A stretch of DNA of 64,000 nucleotides. Source: Pseudomonadota bacterium (GTDB lineage: Archaea; Thermoplasmatota; SW-10-69-26; JACQPN01; JAJPHT01). The position numbers and the translations under genes were made by a program. The notes beneath the pieces were generated by a model, which saw only the letters and a list, made by a program, of their open reading frames with translations, did no database searches and was not told the origin of the DNA. Shown piece after piece: positions 54,255 through 62,808 of the stretch (positions are counted from its first letter, which is position 1; every line of letters begins with the position of its first letter). The stretch is taken from positions 1 through 64,000 of the forward strand of contig JAJPHT010000039.1 in NCBI GenBank assembly GCA_021325135.1. Direction: 5' to 3'.

Positions 54255-54449
54255 CTACGGGAGGACAGACGCGCCGTCGACGGCCAGGCTCGCGGAGCCG
54301 TCCGTGCCGACGGAGGCGTCCACGGTGTGGGTGCCGTCCGCGGGGGTGCCCGCGCCGATGGTCTGCTCGAGGTGCACGTTGATGCCGTCGGCCACTGCCA
54401 CGCCGCTGAACGCCAGCATGGCCACGACCGCGAAGAGGACGTACTTCAT
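54255..54449 (-). CDS. Small secreted peptide (64 aa)
   Basis: MKYVLFAVVAMLAFSGVAVA signal followed by a beta-rich acidic mature region. Confidence 0.6.
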   Translation of the reverse strand: MKYVLFAVVAMLAFSGVAVADGINVHLEQTIGAGTPADGTHTVDASVGTDGSASLAVDGASVLP

Positions 54450-54595
54450 GGGATCAGGTTCTCCGTAGCCCCCCGGGACTTGCGCCCCAGGCAGCACACC
54501 CTTGAATGCTATGGTTGAATTCTCCTTTCTCGTCCACGGCTGAATGCTCGCTTGGATTCTGGGGTCTGTTCTAGAACGCCTGATGTTCACGCTGG

Positions 54596-56011
54596 GTGCG
54601 CGGCGAGGGGAGGGCGGCGGAAGAGGGCGTCCCCACCGCCACGTTGAAGGCGGAGGCCCCGGCTGCCGCGGCCGTGGAGCGCATCCGGCCCTCGGCGACC
54701 GTGATCCTCGTCCGCCACCACCCCGACCTCCAGGTCTACCTCGTGGAGCGAGGCCAGCGCACGCGCTTCTTCCCGGGCTACCACGCCTTTCCCGGCGGCA
54801 CGCTGGACCCCGCCGACGGCCAGGGCGAGGACGCCCGACGCCGCGCCGCCGTGCGCGAGGTGGAGGAGGAGGTCCGCATCGCGCTGCGCCCCGAGGACCT
54901 CGTGGAGGCGGGCCGGCTCCTCACGCCCCCCTTCGGCCCGCTGCGCTACGACACGTCCTTCTTCGTCGCGGAGCTTCCCAAGGGCGCCGAGCCCCAGGTC
55001 GACGGCGAGGAGCTCGTCTCCGGCGCCTGGTGGCGCCCCGCCGAGGCCCTCGCGCGCTTCGAGCACCACGCCATGCCCATCCCCCCGCCGACGCTCGCCT
55101 ACCTGCATCTCCTGGCGACGCACGGCGACGCGCGCAAGGCCGCCGAGGCCGCGCGGGCCACCGACGGCAAGCCCCACCACGAGAGATTCCGCATCGAGCT
55201 TCACCCGGGCGTCTACGCGCTGCCGCTGCGCACGCCCACGCTGCCCCCCGCGACCACCACGAATTGCTATCTCCTCGACGGCGACCCCATCGTGGTGGTC
55301 GACCCCGGCTCGGCCGATCCCGCGGAGAACGTCGCCCTCACGCACACGCTGGACGGGATGACGCGGGACGGCCGCCAGGGCGTCGTCCTCCTCACGCACC
55401 ACCACCACGACCACACCGGCGGCGCGGCGCTGCTCAAGGAGCGGTACGGCTTCCGCGTCATCGCCCACGCCGCGACGCGCGACGCGCTGCCCGAGGGGCT
55501 CGTGGACGAAGTGGTGGAGGACGGCGAGGAGATGGACCTGGGCGTCTGGGGCCCCCGGCCGTGGACGGTCGAGGTGCTGCACACGCCGGGCCACACGCCG
55601 GGCCACGTCGCGCTGCGCGACGCGCGCTGGGGCGCCATCCTCGCGGGCGACCTCGTGAGCGGGGTCTCCACGATCCTCGTGGACCCCGACGAGGGCGACA
55701 TGGGCCAATACCTGGCCTCGCTGGCGCGCTGCGCTGCGCTGGCGCCCCCGCTGGTCCTGCCCGCGCACGGCCCCGTCATGCCCGGGCGCGCGTTCGCGCA
55801 GACGCTGGAGCACCGCCGCATGCGCGAGGCGAAGGCGCTGGCCGCCTTGCGCGCCGAGCCCCGCGCCGTCGCGGAGATGGTCCCCGAGGTCTACGACGAC
55901 ACGCCCCGCGAGGCGTGGCCCCTGGCGGAGCGCAGCCTGGAGTCGATCCTGCACTGGCTTGCGCGCGAAGGGAAGGCGCAGCGGGCGGGCCAGGGCTGGT
56001 GCCGGACGTAA
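54596..56011 (+). CDS. NUDIX plus MBL-fold hydrolase fusion (LACTB2-like); start uncertain
   Basis: FPGG...AAVREVEEE NUDIX box; THHHHDHTGG, TPGHTPGH, GD, PAHG. Confidence 0.9.
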   Translation: MRGEGRAAEEGVPTATLKAEAPAAAAVERIRPSATVILVRHHPDLQVYLVERGQRTRFFPGYHAFPGGTLDPADGQGEDARRRAAVREVEEEVRIALRPEDLVEAGRLLTPPFGPLRYDTSFFVAELPKGAEPQVDGEELVSGAWWRPAEALARFEHHAMPIPPPTLAYLHLLATHGDARKAAEAARATDGKPHHERFRIELHPGVYALPLRTPTLPPATTTNCYLLDGDPIVVVDPGSADPAENVALTHTLDGMTRDGRQGVVLLTHHHHDHTGGAALLKERYGFRVIAHAATRDALPEGLVDEVVEDGEEMDLGVWGPRPWTVEVLHTPGHTPGHVALRDARWGAILAGDLVSGVSTILVDPDEGDMGQYLASLARCAALAPPLVLPAHGPVMPGRAFAQTLEHRRMREAKALAALRAEPRAVAEMVPEVYDDTPREAWPLAERSLESILHWLAREGKAQRAGQGWCRT

Positions 56012-56055
56012 TCCGGCAAGCCTAAGCATGCCCCGCGAGAGAGCCTGCGAGCGCC

Positions 56056-56472
56056 ATGATGCCCGCGTTCACGGTCCACTGGCTCGCGGTGGCCCTCGGC
56101 GTCGTCATCAGCATGGTCGTGGGCGGCGTGACGTTCGCGCGCCCCGTGCTGGGCGACTACTGGATGGGCCTGATCGAGATGCGCGCCGACCGCGTCCGCC
56201 GCGAGGACGCCACGCGCGGCATCGTCGTCGCGCTCGTCCTCGCCCTCCTGCTCAACCTCGGCTTCAACGTCCTCCTGGGATGGACGGGCGCGGCGGGAGC
56301 GGGCCAGGGCGCGTTCCTCGGCCTCCTGGCGTGGCTCGCCTTCGCGGTGCCCACCGCCGTCGTCCATCCCACCTTCGAGGGGCGCCCCCCGATGCTGGCC
56401 GTCCTCTACGTGGGCCAGCACCTCGTGGAGTACCTGCTCATCGGGCTCGCGCAGGGCTGGCTGTCGAGCTGA
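56056..56472 (+). CDS. DUF1761-like membrane protein
   Basis: WLAVALGVVISMVVG...GDYWM, four TM segments. Confidence 0.75.
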   Translation: MMPAFTVHWLAVALGVVISMVVGGVTFARPVLGDYWMGLIEMRADRVRREDATRGIVVALVLALLLNLGFNVLLGWTGAAGAGQGAFLGLLAWLAFAVPTAVVHPTFEGRPPMLAVLYVGQHLVEYLLIGLAQGWLSS

Positions 56473-56797
56473 GCCACCGCGCGTACCGTTGCCGCGTGAG
56501 CCCCAGCAGCGGCCTCCCCTCCAGCCGCGCCCCCTCGCGCCCTTCTTCGAAGAGAAGCACGGTCGGGCTGATGCGCATGCCCCACGCGTCCCACTGCGCG
56601 TGGTCGCGCTCCTCCACGAGAAGGTCGGTGGCCGCGACCCCCTGCGCGGCGCTCACCTCGAAGAACGCCTGCCGGAACGCCGCGCCGTAAGGGCAGATGG
56701 TGCTCCGCAGCAGGACCGCGATGCGGGGCTCCCTCGCGAGGCGCGAGCGGAGTGCATCGGCCTCGTGGGGTGCGTAGTCGGCGGGCGGGACCAGCAT
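56438..56797 (-). CDS. Thioredoxin-like protein (single Cys, CPYG)
   Basis: STICPYG, WDAWGMRISPTVLLFEEGRE with cis-Pro motif. Confidence 0.7.
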   Translation of the reverse strand: MLVPPADYAPHEADALRSRLAREPRIAVLLRSTICPYGAAFRQAFFEVSAAQGVAATDLLVEERDHAQWDAWGMRISPTVLLFEEGREGARLEGRPLLGLTRQRYARWLSSTASPARAR

Positions 56798-56872
56798 CGA
56801 ATTGGCGAAGGGTCCACTCCTCCTGAAGCTTGCCCGTGGCGTTATCCGCTTGCGGGTCCATGGCGCGGGCGC

Positions 56873-57049
56873 ATGAAGACCGTCATCATCGCCATGCTCT
56901 GCATCGGCGCCATCCTTGGCTTGCCCCTCGCCAGCGCCGAGCCTTGCCTCCTGCCTTTCGCGTGCTTCCCCAGCGACCCGGTCTGCGATACCGTCGCCGG
57001 CGTGCTCAACGTGGTCGTTGACACTGTCAACGGCGTGACGTGCTCCTAG
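56873..57049 (+). CDS. Small secreted 4-Cys peptide
   Basis: MKTVIIAMLCIGAILGLPLASA signal then EPCLLPFACFPSDPVCDTV...VTCS. Confidence 0.65.
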   Translation: MKTVIIAMLCIGAILGLPLASAEPCLLPFACFPSDPVCDTVAGVLNVVVDTVNGVTCS

Positions 57050-57050
57050 A

Positions 57051-57140
57051 GGGGGGTTAGGGGGGCGAAGCCCCCTGACGTGAAGAAAAAGTCCAGCAGA
57101 CGACCAAAAACGTCAGGGGGCTGCGCCCCCTGAAACCCCC
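57051..57140. repeat. REPIN/MITE-like inverted-repeat element, copy 2
   Basis: GGGGGGTTAGGGGGGCGAAGCCCCCTGACGT...TCCAGCAGACGACCAA...ACGTCAGGGGGCTGCGCCCCCTGAAACCCCC. Confidence 0.8.
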
Positions 57141-57153
57141 GCTTTTGGCGCGC

Positions 57154-58152
57154 CTACTCCTTCTTCAGGTACTCCAGGATCTTCGGGATGATCTCGCGCG
57201 CGTCCCCGATGAGCCCGTACTGCGCGTAGCGGAAGATGGGCGCCTTCTTGTCGGCGTTGATGCCCACGACGGTGTCCGCGTCGCGGATGCCGTAGTAGTG
57301 CTCGAACTGGCCGGAGACGCCCGCGGCGACGTAGAGCTTCGGCGCGACGTGGTGCCCCGTGGCGCCCACCTGGCGCTCGGCGGGGGCGAGGCCGAACTGC
57401 ACCGCGGCGCGGGAGGCGCCCCACGCGCCGTTGAGGGCGTGGGCAAGCTGCTGCACGAGGGCGAACTCGTCCTTGGTGAAGCCCAAGCCGCCCGTGACGA
57501 CGACCTCCGCGGACTCCAGGGGCGCCTCGGGGAGCGGCTCGTCCTCGATGCCGAGAAGCTGCACCTTGAGCGCGGCCTTGGGGACGTCCACGTCGAGGCT
57601 CTCCACGCTGCCGTAGCGCGAGTCGTCGGGGAAGCCGGGGCGCGCGGCGCCGGGGCGCAGGCTCGCGATCTGCGGGCGGTGGCGCGGGATGGTGGCCGCG
57701 GCCTCCACGCTGCCGTCGTAGGTGAGGCGCTTCGCGATGAGGAGGCGGTCCGTCTCGTCCACGTCGAGCTTGGTCGCGTCGGAGAGGGCGCCCGTGCCCA
57801 GGGCGGCGCCCAGACGCGGCGCGAGGTCGAGGCCCAGGGGCGTCGCGCTCATGAGCACGATCTCGGGCTTGCGCTCCTTGACCACGGGCAGCGCGGCGGC
57901 GAAGTACGCGTCGATGTTGCCGATGGTCAGCTCCTCGTGGCGGCCCAGGAGCACGATGTCCGCGCCCTGGTGGATGGCGACTTCGCCCAGCCCCTCGACG
58001 TCGGTGCCCAGCACCAGCGCCTCCACGCGGCAGCCGAGGCCGTCCGCAAGCTCGCGGGCCTTGGAGAGCACCTCCAGGCTCGTCTTGGGGAAGTGGTCGC
58101 CCCGCGTCTCCAGGACGACGAGGATGTCGCGGTGGTCCGCGCGCTGCGCCAT
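57154..58152 (-). CDS. etfA: Electron transfer flavoprotein alpha subunit
   Basis: DLAPRLGA, GASRAAV, QVGATG, PKLYVAAGVSGQFEH, INADKKAPIF. Confidence 0.93.
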   Translation of the reverse strand: MAQRADHRDILVVLETRGDHFPKTSLEVLSKARELADGLGCRVEALVLGTDVEGLGEVAIHQGADIVLLGRHEELTIGNIDAYFAAALPVVKERKPEIVLMSATPLGLDLAPRLGAALGTGALSDATKLDVDETDRLLIAKRLTYDGSVEAAATIPRHRPQIASLRPGAARPGFPDDSRYGSVESLDVDVPKAALKVQLLGIEDEPLPEAPLESAEVVVTGGLGFTKDEFALVQQLAHALNGAWGASRAAVQFGLAPAERQVGATGHHVAPKLYVAAGVSGQFEHYYGIRDADTVVGINADKKAPIFRYAQYGLIGDAREIIPKILEYLKKE

Positions 58153-58950
58153 CTAGCTCATCCCCCGGGCGCGGATGCGGCGGACGAAGGAGCGCGCGAC
58201 CTCGTCGGCGTCCCCCTCGAAAAGCTCGCAGGCGGCCTTGTCCTTGCGCTCGGCGGCGATCTTCTCGAAGCGCCGGACGCGCGTCGGGCTCCCTTCGCGG
58301 CCCACGGAGTCCTCGTGGAGGTCCAGGTCGCGGCGGTTCCAGACGGTGACCTCCTTGTCGCGGAACGCGTCCGAGACGCCCCACGCCGTCGCGATGCGCG
58401 GCTTGGGCACCTCCTCGGAGACGGAGAGGAGGCACGGCAGCGGCACCTCGTAGGTGGCAATCTTCGCGCCGAAGCGCTTCTTGACGCGCAGCTTCTTGCC
58501 GGCGGCCTCCGCGCTGGTGATGAAGGTCACGCTGGGAACGTTGAGGATCTGCGCGATCATGGGGCCGACGCCCGCCGCGCGGCGGTCCGCGGTGCGTCCT
58601 CCGGTGAGGATCAATTCGGCGCGCATCTTCTCGGCGGCGGCAGCCAGCACGCGCGCGGTGGCCAGCGTGTCGGCGCCCTCGAAGCTCTTGTCGGCCAGGA
58701 GCACCGCCTTGTCGGCGCCCATGGCGAGGCCTTCGCGCAGCGCGACGGTGCGGTCCGAGTGGCTCATGCACGCGACGGTGACGCTGCCGCCCTGCTCCTC
58801 GCGCAGGCGCAGGCCAAGCTCGATGGCGCGCTTCTCCCACTTGTTGATGACGTAGCGCGCGCCCTCCAGCACGGGCTCCCCCGTGCGGCGGCTCACGGTG
58901 ACGTTGAGGTCGGAGGGGACGGGACGGACGAAGACGACGATGTTCGGCAC
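58153..58950 (-). CDS. etfB: Electron transfer flavoprotein beta subunit
   Basis: LAMGADKAVLL, GADTLATA, GVGPMIA, LPCLLSV, PR. Confidence 0.93.
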   Translation of the reverse strand: MPNIVVFVRPVPSDLNVTVSRRTGEPVLEGARYVINKWEKRAIELGLRLREEQGGSVTVACMSHSDRTVALREGLAMGADKAVLLADKSFEGADTLATARVLAAAAEKMRAELILTGGRTADRRAAGVGPMIAQILNVPSVTFITSAEAAGKKLRVKKRFGAKIATYEVPLPCLLSVSEEVPKPRIATAWGVSDAFRDKEVTVWNRRDLDLHEDSVGREGSPTRVRRFEKIAAERKDKAACELFEGDADEVARSFVRRIRARGMS

Positions 58951-58959
58951 GATATCACC

Positions 58960-60177
58960 TCAGACCGGGAGCTCTCCAAGCTTGTACAGCTCGCGCCCGA
59001 TGATGAGCCGCTGCACGTCGTTGGTGCCCTCGTAGATCTCGCTGATGATGTGGTCGCGGAAGGCGACCTCCAGGTCGTCGAAGCCCTCGATGAAGCCGCG
59101 GGCCCCGTAGACCTGCATGCACTTGTCGATGGTGCGGCCCGCGCACTCGGAGCCGAGCACCTTGACCATGGCGCTCTGGCGGGAGACCTGGTCGCGGAAC
59201 GGGCGCGGGACGGACTTCCCCTGCGCGACCATCTCGTAGTAGTGCTCGCAGTCCTGCGCGGCCTTGTAGCACGCCATCCTCAGGGCCCAGATCTCGGCGC
59301 CCGCCTCGGCGAGGGTGAACTGGATGGCCTGCTTCTTGCCCAGGGGCTCGCCGAACTGCTCGCGGGCCTTGACGTACTGGAGCGTGCGGTTGAGGATCGC
59401 GTGCGCGCCGGCCAGCGAGCCCAGGCCCAGGATGATGCGGCCGCCGTCCAGCGCGGTGAGCGCGGCGATGAACCCCTCGCCCACCTTGCCCAGGATGTTG
59501 TCCTTGGGCACGCGCACGCCGTCGAGGTGGATCTCCGCGGTCGTGCTGAGGCGGATGCCCATCTTGTCCTCGACGTTGGCGACCTTGAACCCCTCGCGCT
59601 TGGACTCCACGATGAAGGTCGTGACGCCGCCGCGGGCCCCGAGAGCCGGGTCGGTGACGGCGCTCACCATGAGGTAGTCCGCGACGTCTCCGTTGGTGAC
59701 GAAGATCTTCGTGCCCGAGAGCACGTACTCGTCCCCGTCCAGGACGGCCTGCGTCTGGATGTTCGCGGCGTCGCTGCCGGCCTGGGGCTCGGTGAGCGCG
59801 AAGGCGCCGATGGCCTTCCCCTCCGCGAGGGGCTTCACGAACTGCGCGCGCTGGTCCTCGGTGCCGAAGAGGTAGAGCGGCTGCACGCAGATGCCGGTGT
59901 GTGCGCCCACGATGGTCGCGATGCTGGCGTCAAGCTGCGCCAGCTCCTCGATCATGATGCAGTAGCCGACCTCGCCCATGCCGGCGCCGCCGTACTCCCG
60001 CGGGATGGGCACGCCCATGAGGCCCTGCTTCTGGAACTTCCGCACGATGGGCCACGGGAACTCGTGCCCTTCGACGAAGCCGCGCGGCAGCATGGGCCGC
60101 ACCTCCTCCTCGATGAACTCGCGCACCGTCTGCCGGAAGAGGTCCTGCTCCTCCGTGAACGAGAAGTCGAGCGCCAT
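58960..60177 (-). CDS. Acyl-CoA dehydrogenase
   Basis: FALTEPQAGSD, GTKIFVTNG, KMGIR, REQFG, IYEGTNDVQR. Confidence 0.95.
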   Translation of the reverse strand: MALDFSFTEEQDLFRQTVREFIEEEVRPMLPRGFVEGHEFPWPIVRKFQKQGLMGVPIPREYGGAGMGEVGYCIMIEELAQLDASIATIVGAHTGICVQPLYLFGTEDQRAQFVKPLAEGKAIGAFALTEPQAGSDAANIQTQAVLDGDEYVLSGTKIFVTNGDVADYLMVSAVTDPALGARGGVTTFIVESKREGFKVANVEDKMGIRLSTTAEIHLDGVRVPKDNILGKVGEGFIAALTALDGGRIILGLGSLAGAHAILNRTLQYVKAREQFGEPLGKKQAIQFTLAEAGAEIWALRMACYKAAQDCEHYYEMVAQGKSVPRPFRDQVSRQSAMVKVLGSECAGRTIDKCMQVYGARGFIEGFDDLEVAFRDHIISEIYEGTNDVQRLIIGRELYKLGELPV

Positions 60178-60279
60178 GGTGACGCCCCGCGATCGACCGC
60201 GGCGGCCATGAAGGTGTTGCCTTTGCGTGGTACGATGGGGAGTGAAAAGGCCATCCGGGGGCCCCGCTCTCCCCGGCCG

Positions 60280-60648
60280 ATGCGCCCGTGCCCAGGCTGC
60301 CGCGCCGAGCACCACAAGGACGCCTCCGGCCGCTGCGCCCGCTGCGGCGGCGCGTGGCTGCCCGGCCTCGCCGACGGCCCCTTGCGCCGCCTCGTGGGGA
60401 AGGGCCCGCTCACGTCGCTCAACTGCCCGGACTGCGGCGGCGCGCTCAAATCGCTGGACGTGCCAGGCCCCGTGTACGAGGGCGACCTCTTCTGGGGCCT
60501 GGAGACGGCGCGCCCCGCGGGAACGTGCGTCGCCGAGGGGTGCCCGCGCTGCGGCGGCGTGTGGGCCGACGCGGAGAACCTCCAGCGAGCGGGCGCCCTG
60601 CCGGCGTTCCTCGCCTCGCTGGAGCGCGTGCGCCGCGGCGCCTCGTGA
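60280..60648 (+). CDS. Double zinc-ribbon protein
   Basis: CPGC, CARC, CPDC, CPRCGGVW. Confidence 0.7.
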   Translation: MRPCPGCRAEHHKDASGRCARCGGAWLPGLADGPLRRLVGKGPLTSLNCPDCGGALKSLDVPGPVYEGDLFWGLETARPAGTCVAEGCPRCGGVWADAENLQRAGALPAFLASLERVRRGAS

Positions 60649-60686
60649 GACGCCAGGCTTTTCGACCGCTCGGCGGACGGCCCGGC

Positions 60687-61145
60687 ATGCCCACGCGGAC
60701 GCTCTGGGTCCCCCTCGTCCTCCTCCTGCTGGCGGGCTGCTCCATGCCGCAGCAATCGACGGCGCCCGGGCCCGCGCAGCTGGAGGGCGTCACGGCCGAC
60801 GCCCGCTTCTCCAACGCGACGACGCCCCAGGAGCTCGTCCGCACGCTCACGGCCGCCGGGTACGCCAACGTGAGCACCGACGACGCGAGCCGCGTCTGGT
60901 GGGTCGCCTCCCCGCACACCGCCGAGACGGCGACCCTCAACGCCTCCGGCGTCACGCTGCGCATCGCGTGGGAGGCGCGGCAGCCGCCCGCCTCGGCGCC
61001 TTACAGCAGCGACGTCTCCGCCCAGCAGGCGCAGATGCAGCAGGACGCGCAGCCGGAGGTGCAGGCGCGCCTCGACGCGTTCGAGGCCGCGACCGGCTGG
61101 ACGCACCAGGGCCCGCTGGCCTGGGGCCCCCTGGGCGGCTCCTAG
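60687..61145 (+). CDS. Lipoprotein of unknown function
   Basis: LLLLAGC lipobox. Confidence 0.7.
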   Translation: MPTRTLWVPLVLLLLAGCSMPQQSTAPGPAQLEGVTADARFSNATTPQELVRTLTAAGYANVSTDDASRVWWVASPHTAETATLNASGVTLRIAWEARQPPASAPYSSDVSAQQAQMQQDAQPEVQARLDAFEAATGWTHQGPLAWGPLGGS

Positions 61146-61324
61146 TTGCGCGGATCGTCCCGATTGCGGAGCCGCTGGACCCGCTCGTGGGCTTCGCGCT
61201 CGCGTCGCGCGGCGGCGGGGATCTCGTCGGGCTCGGACATGTTGATCTCGTCCTCCAGGTCCTTGAGGGCAGTTCGGTGCTCCCGGATGGCGTCGTGGAG
61301 CGAACGCCGTCGTCTCATCGCCAT
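61142..61324 (-). CDS. Small coiled-coil hypothetical protein
   Basis: MAMRRRRSLHDAIREHRTALKDLEDEI... Confidence 0.4.
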   Translation of the reverse strand: MAMRRRRSLHDAIREHRTALKDLEDEINMSEPDEIPAAARREREAHERVQRLRNRDDPRN

Positions 61325-61488
61325 AGGCTGGAGCACGTCTGCGCTCCGATCCGACTTAGGGATTGCGCCGACGGGGGGTTGCTTGACCGCGATCTTTTTC
61401 TCCCCCGTCTCGGACGGTTCCCGAAGCGTCCGGGGCTTCCAGCCCCGCTCCACAACGCGCTTCGCGCGCGACGCGCCCCGGCGCCACG

Positions 61489-62064
61489 ATGAACCGCGTC
61501 CCCCTCGTGCTCGGCGCCTGCGCGCTTGCCGTGATCGTCGTCGCCGCCGCGGCGGCCGTCCTGCCCGACGTCCCCGCGGCGCTGCCCCCCACGGGCCAAG
61601 GCTTCCTCCTGGTCCCGGGCATCCCGGGGGAGTCCCTGGACGCGCGGCACGCGGGCGAGACGGACGTGCTGGGCGTGCAGTTCGGCGAGACGCGGGAGTT
61701 CTCGCTGACGGGCTCCGGAGTCTCCTCGCGCGTGCAGTTCGCGAGCATCCTCGTGGAGACGCCCTTCGACAGCTCGACGCCCCAGCTCATCACCCGCGGA
61801 GCCTCCGGCGAGATCCTCCCCTTCGTCACCCTCACCCTGCGCCACGCGGACGGCTTCGAGTACCTGAGGATCAACATGACGAGCACCGTGATCTCGTCCG
61901 TGAACGTCAGCGGCGTCGATCCCGGCACCCCGTCCGCCCCCCTGGTCACGCTGGGCCTCGGCTTCCAGCGCATCACGTTCGACTACACGGTGGAGAACTC
62001 CGACGGCACCGCCGGGCCGACGATCCACGGCGGCTGGGACGTGGCGCTGGACCGCGCCGCGTGA
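61489..62064 (+). CDS. Hcp (T6SS tube) family protein with N-terminal signal/TM segment
   Basis: GIPGESLDARHAGETDVL, DSSTPQL...SGE, EYLRINMT...ISSV, FQRITFDY, GGWDV. Confidence 0.85.
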   Translation: MNRVPLVLGACALAVIVVAAAAAVLPDVPAALPPTGQGFLLVPGIPGESLDARHAGETDVLGVQFGETREFSLTGSGVSSRVQFASILVETPFDSSTPQLITRGASGEILPFVTLTLRHADGFEYLRINMTSTVISSVNVSGVDPGTPSAPLVTLGLGFQRITFDYTVENSDGTAGPTIHGGWDVALDRAA

Positions 62065-62074
62065 GCGGCCCGGC

Positions 62075-62680
62075 CTATGGCATCAGGCTGGAGGGGCCCC
62101 CGGCGAGGCCGATCGTGCTCGCGGCGTCATTGCACATGTGGACGTACCTGCAATAGGCGTAGTAGCCGCCGGCGACGCCCAGGCAGATGGCGCACGCCGC
62201 AGGGCCGTCGAAGAAGCAGACGAAGGCGCAATCCGCGCAGTCCTCGCCGAACTGCGCGGAGCACTCCGCGCAATCCGTCGCGTATCCCGATTCCGAGGTC
62301 AGCGTGTCGCACACCGAAGAGATCGCCACGGAGCAGTTGACGACGCTGGTCCCTCCGCGGGCCTCGCGCAGCGACAGGAGGACGGAATCGGGAATGCTCG
62401 CCGCCTTCGCAAGGTCCTTGACGACGTCTTCGTGCGCCTGGAGGAGATGCGAGTAGGGAAGCGTCCCCTCGTCGAGGGCGACGATCTCGGCCATCGTCTG
62501 CGCCGAGAGGACGCCGGAGGCCGCGAGCGGCTCGGCCTGCTGCCGGACCTCGTGGAGGAGCGCCGGGAGCTTCGAGAGATCGCCAGACGCCCCCGCAAGG
62601 GCGTCCCCGGCGGCGACCGAAGGCATCGTGAGGGACGTGAGCAGGACGACCGTCGCGATCGTCGCGATCCGCTGGACCAT
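62075..62680 (-). CDS. Secreted precursor with Cys-rich C-terminus (halocin C8-like organisation)
   Basis: Signal peptide, helical pro-region, 11 Cys including CAEC, CADC, CAIC. Confidence 0.65.
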   Translation of the reverse strand: MVQRIATIATVVLLTSLTMPSVAAGDALAGASGDLSKLPALLHEVRQQAEPLAASGVLSAQTMAEIVALDEGTLPYSHLLQAHEDVVKDLAKAASIPDSVLLSLREARGGTSVVNCSVAISSVCDTLTSESGYATDCAECSAQFGEDCADCAFVCFFDGPAACAICLGVAGGYYAYCRYVHMCNDAASTIGLAGGPSSLMP

Positions 62681-62808
62681 CGTGAGCTTGGGCTTGCAGG
62701 GCGTAGGTGACATGGCTCGCACTCCGCAGGCAGATGCCGCGGGCAGGGCATAACCTGCAGTCTGGCGCTCCCCGCTCCATCGGGTTGACCGCTGCTTGGT
62801 CCGGCGTC

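Noticed and set aside
57145-60648. 1167-aa plus-strand ORF
   Set aside because: Antisense to etfAB and the acyl-CoA dehydrogenase; only the terminal zinc-ribbon portion is plausible.
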